Under the pieces are notes generated by a model. It was given only the letters and a program-made list of their open reading frames with translations, was not told the DNA's origin and did not search any database. Below are positions 1-29,500 of a DNA stretch of 64,000 bases, in pieces; position 1 is the first letter of the stretch, and each line of letters opens with the position of its first letter. The position numbers and the translations under genes were made by a program. This DNA comes from Lytechinus pictus (taxonomy: Eukaryota): positions 33,792,001 through 33,856,000 of the forward strand of contig NC_087251.1 of assembly GCF_037042905.1 (NCBI RefSeq), given 5' to 3'.

Positions 1-65
1 ATCAGATAATGAGTATACTGTAGTATGAAAACAAAAAGAGCGACTTTTCAGACTTGTAAAAGTTA

Positions 66-2810
66 TGTGATTTATTTATTTATTAACAATATTTCAACAG
101 GATACCCAATCAACATAAAAGTTGCTCTCCCTTGGGGTCCTGCATATTAAAAAACAATCACAATATATCTTATTATACACAGTAAAATTAACATACATAC
201 ATTATGATAGAACATAAAAGTTGAAGATATAAACTAAACTATAAATAACTATTAACTACACACATCATCAGAAAGAAGGGAATATACATATTTGTACATA
301 GAACATAATAATCGAAATTGACATCGGAGATATTTACTATTGGGAAAAAAAAAGCTGCAACTGGATTTAAAGGTTATCGTTTAATATTTCTTAAAAATTG
401 AGAGGGAATTTATGTTTTGAGGTTCAGGTTGACTATTCCATGAGACGGCTTGATAATGAAATGAGTGTTTGAATGATTCAATATGAAATTTTGGGAAGTG
501 TAACTTATTTTGTGAGGAACTTCTTGTACAGTTCTTTCCTAAAAGTAAATAGTTTGGATAGACAAGTGGGAGCAATAGATTTCATACATTTGAACATTAA
601 AATAAATCTAAAAATGCGAACTCTATCTTCAAATCTTTCATACATTTTGGTTTTTTCATAATTCATCATCAAACGGTTTTCTTCTAACCAGCAGGCTATA
701 TTTTCTAAATCCAATTGTAATTTATTTTGTATTTCAGCTAAACTATCACCTTCAGCATAAATAGATGTATCGTCTGCGTACATAACTATTTTAGAGTGTT
801 TCAATACATTAGGCATATCATTTATAAATATGGAAAATAATTTTGGGCCCAATATGGATCCCTGCGGTACTCCTTTCCGCATCTCTTTAGTTTCAGAAAG
901 TACCCCATTTATATGAACACGTTGTGATCTATTATAGATAAGAATTAAACCATTTGATTGAGTCTGATGAGAAACCATATTTTTTCAATTTTAATAACAG
1001 CAAATTCAAATCTACCAAATCGAAGGTCTTTTTCAAATCAATGAAAATTACACCGACCATTTTCCCATTATTAATACTTGTATACCAATCATTAACCATA
1101 TATATACTAATGCAGTTTCAGTTGAATGGTTTTTTCTAAACCCGAATTGGCTTTCACATAATAATCCAGAAACATTCAGAAACGAATCTAGTTCTGTATT
1201 AACAATCTTTTCTACAATCTTGGAAACAATACTTAACACTGAAATCGGCCTATAATTACTAATTTCTTCAGTACTACCCTTTTTATGAAGGGGAACATTT
1301 TTAGCTTCCTTCCATTCCTTTGGAAAAGAGCAGGATGAAAAAGAATTGTTTATCAAAGATACTAAAGAAGGAATCAAAACGTGACCACGTAATTTAATTA
1401 TTTTACAACTTATTCCATCAAGGCCACAAGACGAATTTGTATTTAAAGTTTTAATAGCCTTTGTGACTTGATCGGAATTTACTATCGGTAAGTTAAAAAG
1501 AAAATTTTCTTGGGATGAGTTTGGACTATCAGTTTGATGTGGTGAAGAATTAATATCAGTGACATCACTAAAATCTTCAATCAAGTCTTTGGTAACTGAC
1601 ACAAAATAATCATTAAAATGGTTGGCAATATTCAGTGGATCATCATATTCATTTCCATCAAAAACAATCTTATTCAAGGAAGATTTATGTTTTGAAGGTA
1701 ATATTCGCTGCTGTTATTTTTACAATAAAAAATTTTCTTATGAAAAAAATTTCTTTTTATTAGATTTGACCATTATATTAACTGTATTTCTACTTTGTTT
1801 ATACATGACCCAGTGTTCTTCTGATTTTGATTTCATAAATTTCTTTAATTTTTTATCTCGTATCATAACATCTCGTATATCACTTGTTATCCATGGTGTA
1901 TGATTTTCTTTAACTCTCCGTGACTTAATAGGCAAATGAGCATTTACGACATTCAATAAAGATTGCTTCCATTTTTGCCATAAAAAGTCAATACCTTCGT
2001 CACTATTTAGAAAACTCCAATCTACATTGCATAAATCATGCTTAAAACTATTCTCACTGAACTTTTTAAATGATCTATAAGTGATACATTTGGATTCTTT
2101 TTTAATTTTTTAACCACAAAATTCCAAAAATCATAAAATGATCACTGATACTGTAGATAAGGTTATCACACCATATTCGGTAAATAATTCTGGTTTCGTA
2201 CACTGTAATACATCAATAATACTACTTGTTGATTGCGTCACCCTAGTAGGAGTGTCAATCATTTGAACAAATTGATAGGTTTCATTCAGTGCTTCCAGAG
2301 CGCGTGTTTCTGCTAATGATCTATCTTTATCAAAATTGCAATTTAAATCACCCATAAGAACTACCTCAATATTGTCTGGCATTTTACTAAGAACATTGTC
2401 AAGTTTGTAGAAAAAGTCCTTTGTAGCATTTGGCGGTCGATATAAACAAATGTACATAAAAGGTGAAGAAAATTTTGGTCGAACTTCAAGGCAAATCATT
2501 TCTAAGTCTTCACATTCAAGATCAACTTTACGAGATACCGATAGCGCGGCTGACACGTAAACTAATACACCACCACCTCGACTGTTGCGATCCTTGCGAA
2601 AGATTTGAAAATCCTTTAAGGAAATATTGTCATTAGATATATCGTCACTGCAGAAGGTTTCATTGAGTCCGATTATTCCAACATCAGACAGCGCCCTTGA
2701 AAAAACATATTTAAAATCATCAAATTTATTTACAAGACCTCTAATGTTTAAAAAACACAGTGGAATGCCTTTGTTAAAGTTTGGGATTAATCCATGCTGC
2801 AAGGAAATTA
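66..2810 (-). mobile_element. Decayed non-LTR retrotransposon (CR1/L2/Crack group), ORF2 with APE endonuclease and reverse transcriptase; frameshifted, internally deleted, ORF1 absent
   Basis: ORF 2131-2802 has APE motifs (FLNIRGL, IIGLNET, RGGGVLVYV, YRPPN, VLMGDLN, PTRVT). ORFs 1048-1677 and 505-978 have RT motifs (YRPISVL, QFGFR, GVPQGSILGP, YADDT). The 3' end is a GGACCCCAAGGGAGAG...GGGTATCC element followed by (AATA)n at about 70-140. It lies in PLEKHD1 intron 3. Confidence 0.92.
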
Positions 2811-3236
2811 CTTTACTCTTAATAAATATATTCTGATCATTTTTAATATATTAGTCTCTAAAAAAATACATGTATCATAAAAGAATATTTACAGGTGTGT
2901 ATTTATTTTCATTTTTGACAAGTATAATTTATCTTAATATACAATGTAAACATTAATAATGTCAAGGTTCATGAAACCTCTCCAAGCTTTAATATCAGCG
3001 ATTGACATTGACAAGACAAAAGAAATGATCGAACTCAAAAAAGGCTTTTGTGAAGTTGATAATACAGGTACACCATAAGATATTACTCATTTGGGTTGAT
3101 ATCCTTCCTTCTAATCAAGTTTCTATCAACTGTAACTGATCAGGCTTGAATACAATATTGGTCAATTATCAAAATTCAGCAGGCACTTTTAATACCATAT
3201 TAAAGTGTTGGTTGCTTTGTTGGCAGTGAGTATTAA

Positions 3237-3843
3237 AGGGATGGTCCAGGCTGGAGATATTTATATCAATAAATACATGTATATGTAGAGTAAAATTCAC
3301 AGAGCAAAATGCTGAAAATTTGATCCGAATCAGATAACAAAGTTATTGAATTTTAGATATTGGCATTATTCCAGTGAAACAGTTCTAGGTATGTCTTTAT
3401 GAATATTCATTAGGTGGGCTGATAATGTCATATCCCCACTTGTTCTTTTGTATTTTATTATATGAAATTAGGTTTATTCAAAATTGTTCTACCAAGAACT
3501 AAAACAATTGGATTGATAACTGATTGAGTGCATTAGTTATTTATTGCCGTAACTTATTTCATCATATTGGGGATGCATCATTTACACATGTATGAAAAAA
3601 ATGAAACATTTATGATTTCATGTAAAATATTAGAAAAAGGAAAATGGGGATGTGACCTCATCAACCCACCTAATGAATATTTATGAATATGTGCGTGCAT
3701 ATAAATGTTTTCCCAAAATACTGATAAACTTTAAAATTCAATAACTTCATTATTTGTTATCTGATTTTGATGAAATTTTCAGCATCTTGCTCTGTGAATT
3801 TTACTCTGTTTATTTAGATATATTTTCAGCCCGGACCATCCCT
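3237..3843. mobile_element. Kolobok-type MITE (TTAA TSD, AGGG...CCCT termini)
   Basis: TTAA|AGGGATGGTCCAGGCTG ... CAGCCCGGACCATCCCT|TTAA, with long imperfect internal inverted repeats. Same family as 23412-24021 and 25408-25620. Confidence 0.85.
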
Positions 3844-6323
3844 TTAAAAGGTTGATCATCTTTCAATGCATATAAACTGTCACTACCCCCATCTTTCAAT
3901 CTAATATCTATTGATCTTTTTAAATAATTATGTCTGTTTATTTATTTAAACTGTTCCAACATTTAATAGATCGTAAATAACAAGAAAAATAATAGATTTT
4001 GTATTGTTTCCATCAGAAAATAAACATTAATAGAGAAGATACAGATTTTGATTTTGAGACATGTTGTCTTCACACATTTAGACATTATATTATGATTGCA
4101 ATAATAAGGGCACCATGGCTATTCCAATAATTTTCCTAAATGCAATTGCATAGTTTCTTTCATTATTCATGTAGAGTTGTAGACACATCTCATTGGAAAT
4201 CTTTATAGGTTTCTTAACTTTTGTGATAATGAGGAACTTCCTCGTTACAAAAAGAAACAAGTAATTTTTACCATAAATATGTCACAATTCATTCATGAAA
4301 TATGTTAGAAAAGTGATCAAATCCCAATCTATAGACTATGTGCCAAGCTGCCCCAAAATGAGGACACAGACTTCACTTAAACTCCAAGATCAATCTGCTG
4401 TTCAATGATATCTCCCAAACTTGCATGATGATTGCCTCACCATTTCTATGAATTTCTACAATCAAACTTGTCCACCATGCATAAGTACACAATACATACA
4501 TGTATAGTTCATTAACTCAATTACTTCAAAGGGATACATATATGATTACAACCTCATACATGTATTTGCATTGAGTAAGGTGGGTATGCTTATGACAGCA
4601 ATTAGCCTCCCTAAATTAATAGAACTATCAATAACCCTTTGGGCATAAAAGACCACAAAATTACAAACGACTACACTGGTTGTAAGGAGTGTAAAATGAA
4701 AAAAAAATAGACAACACATTTCACATCTAGAATGTGTAAACTTCAGTCTCCTTATTGAAAAGAAACAGACAAGATTATTCCATAAAGAATAACTTCATGA
4801 GAGATAAAATCTATGTAGGCAAATGTTGTGCACATACAGGGATAAATCAATGCACGATAATCTTGAATATGCGACAATACAGTCTTTATGTAATCATCAT
4901 TTTACAAACCTATCGAAGAGGGTTTCAGCGGACAGAAATGACTGAGATATACATGTTTGAAGTTCAACTTTTCCTTTTTGGTTAAGAAAAGTGGGCCTAC
5001 CAACTGATTTGAATTTTTGATCCCATGATAGTACTTATCAAAAGAATTGAGCAAACCAATAAATAGACTGAAATTTTGTGAGATAGATATTTGCCAATCT
5101 AGTTCTCAGTTCTAACATTAACATTTTTTCTTCATTTTACAAGATTTAAAAAACATGTACAATAAATAAAATCCATAAAATCACATTTTATTAATGGAAC
5201 TTGATGAATAAAAATATTTTTCTAATAGAAGAGGAGATAAATGATGTATCTGATCCACCGTGCAAGTAAATTTTTGAGAAAATGGCACTTTGAAAATTGA
5301 ATATTACAAGACACATGGAGAAGCTGCTCGTCTGTGACATCACAAAATCAAAACATTCATTACTATTCTTTGATGGATTTTCATAAAATCTGCACCAATA
5401 TATTTCTACTTCTCCTAGCACTTTTATTCAAACAACCTCATTTTCAGAGTGAACTTCCCTTTTAAGCGTTCATTCATCATTTCAATTTTATTTTAAATGT
5501 TAAAAAGAAATGAGACCTGGGCCGTTTCACAAAGATAAGCAAGTAATTGATAACAGAAATGGCCCTATCAAGATCATCCTGGAATGCGTATTTTGCTAAG
5601 TAGACTGACTAGGAACCAATCAGAATCGCTGATTCAAATTACCATTAATCACTAATGTTCTTACTACAGGGTCCAGAAGATTTGGATGACCTCATTGGTG
5701 CTTACAACTTGTCAAAATAAGCATCAAGAGGGAGGAACACGTGTTAAAGACCAAGCATACATGATAAGGAAAGAATCTCAAACTGACATACTTGCACGTA
5801 ATCATGTTTACAAATCAATATGGCAAACCTGGAACAAAGGACTGATTAGATATCTTGTCTCTTGAATAATGATGCCTACATGACAGAGTTCTTATTATCT
5901 GCACGGGAAACAATGATATATTGGCAGAGCAGCCAACCTGAACAAGAACATTTCAGCATTCTAAAAGCCGAAAATCAATTTTTTGATGAGGAAATCTATT
6001 ATTTCAAAGAAATACAGGTACCATAGCACAACACGTTAGAGATCAGTATTTTGCATGAAACCATCCGTATTCTTCTCATTTTTAGGTACTAATTACTGAA
6101 AATCAATCATTACAGTATAATTGGAAGCTCTATATTGGGTATCAACTTCATTAGTGCGAAAGTAAGTGGAAATACCCCAATGGATAAAAACTGAAAATGG
6201 TAATTTTTAATGGTACATGTACAATTGTACATTATTTGTAATGTATGTTGAATACAAAAAGATGTACAATTTCAATGATTTGGGTTTTTTAACTTAGCCT
6301 TGACAAATGGAAAAACAACTTAC

Positions 6324-24276
<17,953 letters not shown>

Positions 24277-25144
24277 CTTGTTCAATAAAAAGTTCCAGCG
24301 AAACAGAGCAAATCAAAAGTTTGAAATCAGTCAGGAGAGGACATTAATCAACTCCTGGACAAAGCCATTATCATTTGAAGTAACCAAATTACTAAGGCAG
24401 TTACACTGAGGTGCACTAGTGAAGGATGGTCTCTGCCTTGGAATATCAAGATTGATAAACAGGCAAATTACAAAGGCGAGCTTGTTTTTAATCCGTGCAC
24501 GTAGCGTAGCCAGGTCCAGGATCAGGATGCAGTCCGATCCACGAGACAAGATAGCGAAAATTCAAGAACGACCACGCCGAAACCTTCCGGGTGCTACTCT
24601 ATTGATGCCCGAGTAGAGTCCACTTCGAACGTCATAATCCTAATGATTCCTATTTCAAATCACTTCCTTCCGAAATTAATGGACTTTCTGGTTATATTCC
24701 CGAGGTTTCCATCATATATCAATTCCAATTGGATGAGAATGCCACAAAATCAATACTGTATTTGTAGACCGTCGAATTTCGATGGACTATCCAACCGGAC
24801 TACTGCATTGGGCTCTCGGATTTGGTCACTTCCTGATTTTTAGGTTTAAAAAATGAAGCGATGATCGACGTAGATGGCGACAATCAATTTGTCTCTTTTA
24901 TCAACACTAATTTTGTCTGAAGAAATATATTGCTATTCGCATTCGAGTTCCATTGTGGTAAATATCCACTGACAAGTTAAAAAATAAAATGAATGAATTT
25001 GAAATAAATAAATGAATGAATAAATAAATGAATAAACTGATGTATGTTTTGATTCATCCAGGAAAAGAAATTAAGAGTAATTAATAATTAAATAAATGAA
25101 TAAATAGAAAATATAAAAAATTATAAATAAATAAGTAAGTACCA

Positions 25145-25270
25145 AAAAGAAAGAAAGAAAGAAAGAAGAAAGGAAGGAATCAGGAAGGAAGAAAGAAAGA
25201 AAGGAAGGAATGAAGGAAGGAAGTAAGAAAGAAAGAAAGATAGAAAGAAAAGAAAGAAAGAAAGAAAGTG
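25145..25270 (+). repeat. (GAAA/GGAA)n microsatellite
   Basis: Read directly from the sequence. Confidence 0.9.
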
Positions 25271-25407
25271 GAGGAGAGGGGGGGGGGGGGGTAGAAAAGG
25301 GATGGAGAAATATATGAAGATATCAATAAGAGGAGGGAGATAATTGAAAACTATAAATTCTTTCAGGTTACTCGTCCCATTGCAGAGAGATTTTCGTTTT
25401 AAGTCAA

Positions 25408-25620
25408 AGGGATACTCCGGGTTGAAGATATTTAATCAAAATAAATAGAATAAAATTCACAAAGCAAAATGCTGAAAATTTCATCAAAATCGGATAACAA
25501 ATAACGAAGTTATTGAATTTTAAAGATTTGAATTATTCCGGTGAAACAGTTCTAGGCATGTCTTCATGAATACTTTTCTTATGTTATTACATGAAATCCT
25601 AATTTTTTCATAAATGTGTA
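25408..25620. mobile_element. Truncated Kolobok-type MITE (left end only)
   Basis: AGGGATACTCCGGGTTGAAGATA...GAAAATTTCATCAAAATCGGATAACAA, colinear with the left part of 3237-3843. Confidence 0.7.
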
Positions 25621-25773
25621 AATTAATATTTTGTAGATTTTACGCAACATTGCGTTGTAATAGCCCAATATAGGGTAAAAAATAACCATGAAACACTTTT
25701 GCATGCTCCCTTTTTACCCACTAATATTGGGTAAGATTTTACTCAGGGTTTTTAGAGTGTACAAACAAATGAA

Positions 25774-26198
25774 GAGTTTGGTTGCAAACTTGAAGGGTTA
25801 GATCCACTTTGGACCATTCCGAGAAAAATCATGTTTTTTATTATTTTCCCATATTGCAATATTCTTATGAGAAACTAAATTGTCATGATGTACGTACTAC
25901 CCTGCCATGTGAACATAAAATTGGGTATGAAAGAAATCTTCCCGTCTTTATTTTTTTTTCTTCCAAAAATTACCATTGAGGATCTAACCCCGTTTTGCAA
26001 GCAAACTGAAATGGCCAATGGATCTAACCCCTTTTTAAAAAAGTGATTTTTTGGGGGGGTCATTTTTGTTCACTTTTTAATGGAAAATTAAACTGTTCTT
26101 TGGTATCATCTTATAGAGCTAATAAAAATCTATACATTGAGACAAAAAACAAATCAAATTTGATGAAAAAGGATCTATCCCCTTTTGCAATTGAGCTC
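25774..26198. mobile_element. MITE with GAG...CTC termini (possibly Sola-like)
   Basis: GAGTTTGGTTGCAAA...GGGTTAGATCC versus GGATCTATCCCCTTTTGCAATTGAGCTC, with internal GGATCTAACCCC repeats. Confidence 0.45.
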
Positions 26199-26548
26199 TA
26201 TTCAAGTACATTTTAGAGGTACAACAAATGATTAATAAAAAAATAATTGCTTGTAAATAACCAACAATTGCACACCATCACATAATTTCTAAAAATCACT
26301 TCAACTGGTCCATTCCTACTTCCATTTCACTTAAAGAAAGATTAAGAATTTCCCATTTTCAGGTCATATGGATAACCGCCCCCCCCCCCCCCCCCCCCAC
26401 CCGCGCCGGCCCCCCGGCGCGGCCTTGATACGATCAGCTGTAAAATTAGATCATGATCTCATACTCGGCTGATCAACAACGCTAATATTTATTTTGAGTA
26501 ATAAATCGAAACTCATTCTAAAAAATATTCGTGAATTTGTAGCTGAAA

Positions 26549-29500
26549 ATGGCGCATTGGTTTCACAGAAATCCCATCAAAGCAACGAATGCAGTAACAT
26601 TTGACTTTGGTGGTCAAGCTAGCACTCCTCTTGCAAGAAACATCTGCAGGTAAGTAAGAGAACAAATTTAGCTGCTGCTAGCTGTTGTGTGTGTATTGTT
26701 GTTCTTATTGGCTCATGTGCAGTCCCGTTCATCCGATTCAGTGTTTGTTATCGACTCTTTAGACTTCATTTCAGAACACTCACACAATTATCATATCACT
26801 GCAACCATGCAAGTTGCATTTAAATTTTTACATTAAGTGATTAATACATGGTACAAGATCTACAAGGGTTTAACAATAACAGTGATCTTACCTTTACTAA
26901 TTTTTAGAATACAATGCAACACTAAAATCACTCATCCTACGAACGAGGAGTAAACCACTCCTAGCATGCCTAGTACCAATGAGGTCCAACATTACATGTA
27001 TGGACCTCATAGGCGACATCAGTAGTATTTTTGGTTAGAAATCTCTGAGAACAGGATATTTATATATTATATCACAAGTACAAGCTATATTCCTTTCTCT
27101 TATTTAAATTATAATTTTATAGTGTAAATGCATCGTTAGCAACAACAAAAAATGAAAGAAATGAAGGGGAACTTACATTTTCACGGCTTTTTCCTGATTT
27201 TCTGGGCAGCTGCTCTTCTCTTCTGACTCGCGATCGAAGCTGATATGAAGATCACGTGATTCGCGTTCTCGTCAGCTGATCGGTTGGTTATTCTTTTCGT
27301 CAGACGTTAATAATATATATTTTATAATGCTAGCATTCATCGCTAATTTAGGTGAAAGAGATTGAAGTTAAACAGCGCCAGGTCGGAATCATAATTATTT
27401 TGGAAGAGTGTATTTATACACTCGATCTCATACCTGACGTAGACGGCGCTATTCAACAAATGCACAATCTTCAATATAAAAAATAAAACAGAAAGAACGC
27501 CTTGAACACAGGCCAAAATGCCTAACGATTTCTCCGCGGCATTAACAACTATCGTAAAGGGCGCTCCATTTATCAATAAAGATGGATGCTAAGCTGTCTA
27601 TGGCGACAAAATTTGCCGCAAATATTTACGAAGAATTGTGAGAAATGGTCTGAAAATGCAACAAAAGAACCGGTGAGTACCGATTAAACATTATTAAAGT
27701 TGTAAATAGATTATACATACCTTGTAGATTTAGTTTTTAAGGTGATATTAGTGCTTAGTTCTAAGCTAGGGAGGCCCAAACGCGCGTGAGTGGAGTCCCA
27801 GTTTATTAGCACGGGTAAGTATTGGGGTGTCGCCTAGAGTGGAGTAAACTAAAATTAAAAAGAGGGTGTTGCAACGCGTTGGCCATGCCATCCGATCCGT
27901 CTTGAACTTGCCCAATTTGTGTTACGCACCCATCAGCATAAAAATGGTCATAACGTTACAAATATTTACTGTATCCATACAAAAGTACCTACCGTATGGG
28001 TACTAGTACTACTAGTATTCAACCCGGCATAATTCAAAAATTTTGACATATTCCCCAAAATATTTAGAAATAGGGAATTTATCTTAATTTCACACCTTTG
28101 TTATTTCCAGGGTAATCTGTTGTCGATATTTTCTTTGTCAATCTGTCGACTGTATGCGCGGAGGATCGAATTATGCGGCGATGGCCTTTTGCACTGAATG
28201 GTACTAGTAATAGTATTCAACCTAGTGAGGATTGATGGCTAATTTCAAAATGGTTTAGATTGCTAAATTAGATCTAGATTTATGTAAGTCTCTGGCTTTG
28301 ATTAATTCCCTGTTTGGTCTCATCTCAAATGGTCTAGTCCATAGTCGGATGGGACAAGGGCAGATTGAGAGACAGGGCCATCTTTCATCGCTAGGTTGAA
28401 TACGACTACTAGTGCCGACGGGTTGAATACTAATTACTACTACTAGTGCCGACGGGTTGAATACTAGTACCAAAATCCGTCGCCGTATAATTCGATCGCC
28501 CGCGCACACAGTCAACTGGTTGAAGAAAAAAATAACAGAAAAAGAATAACCAGCATTTGCTCTTGGAAATAAGACGGGTCTGAAATTCAGGTAAATTCTA
28601 TGTTTCTATATATTTGAGGAAACTCTCCAAACGGGTTGAATACTAGTGCCCTTACGGTATATACTTTTTCTGAAAGGAATTTTCATGAGAATTTCAAAAA
28701 TGGCATGCAATTCTTTTAAATAGGGTGAACAACTCGGCTTTCAAATGACACCAATTTTATGACAATCCATCTCCATTTTGCCAAAAAATTACATCATACC
28801 GGTAACCACTCATTCTATGAACGAGGTTATGACATGACCGGGTAACGTGTTCCTCTGCGATAATTTTTGGTGTATTTTATCATTTTTATGTAAGGACTTT
28901 TTTGGGTTTCTTGATTGATTATTGTTAATTACAATTAATGAATTGCAAGAAATTGTGAATAATGTTGGATTACATACTACTAATACAACCTCAAGCTTTA
29001 AAATGAGACTAAAATTAATTCTCTAGCCCCTGTATACCAGAGTTATTTACCTTTAAAATATGAAACCTGACTCTCCCATAGACTTTGTGTGTACTGCTCC
29101 CCCCCCCCTCGTCCACCCTCGCCATTTTGTATTCTATCAGTCGATAGATATCAGATATGATAGAGTATATATGCTTAGCTTTTTAATACCAATTTCATGA
29201 CAATATCTCTCTGTTTGACCGAGATATCGTATGTAAAACTGAATAAAATTTGAAAAAGCGTCACAACACCACCTTTTTGTTGGCTGAGTTCAAGAAACAC
29301 AGCGATAAGTATAGCTAGCTGATGTCTCATTCTAACACTACAGTGGACATTCAAGTTCCATTGCATTCTAAAAGTATATATCATTGAGTTTACGGATATA
29401 CTGTGAGTGTTTTATGGAACCATTTTGCATGCCCGCACATTTGGACAAACAAAATTGATCAGTGTGACTGTGAGTGTGAGTACTGAGTAGCATACACATG

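Noticed and set aside
4330..4450. Possible downstream PLEKHD1 exon (minus-strand GEAII peptide)
   Set aside because: Similarity is limited to a few residues, a stop follows, and there are no convincing splice sites. I could not find exon 4 inside the window.
28390..28470. CRISPR-like short repeats
   Set aside because: Only 2-3 units with no unique spacers and no cas genes, in eukaryotic DNA, and part of a palindromic element.
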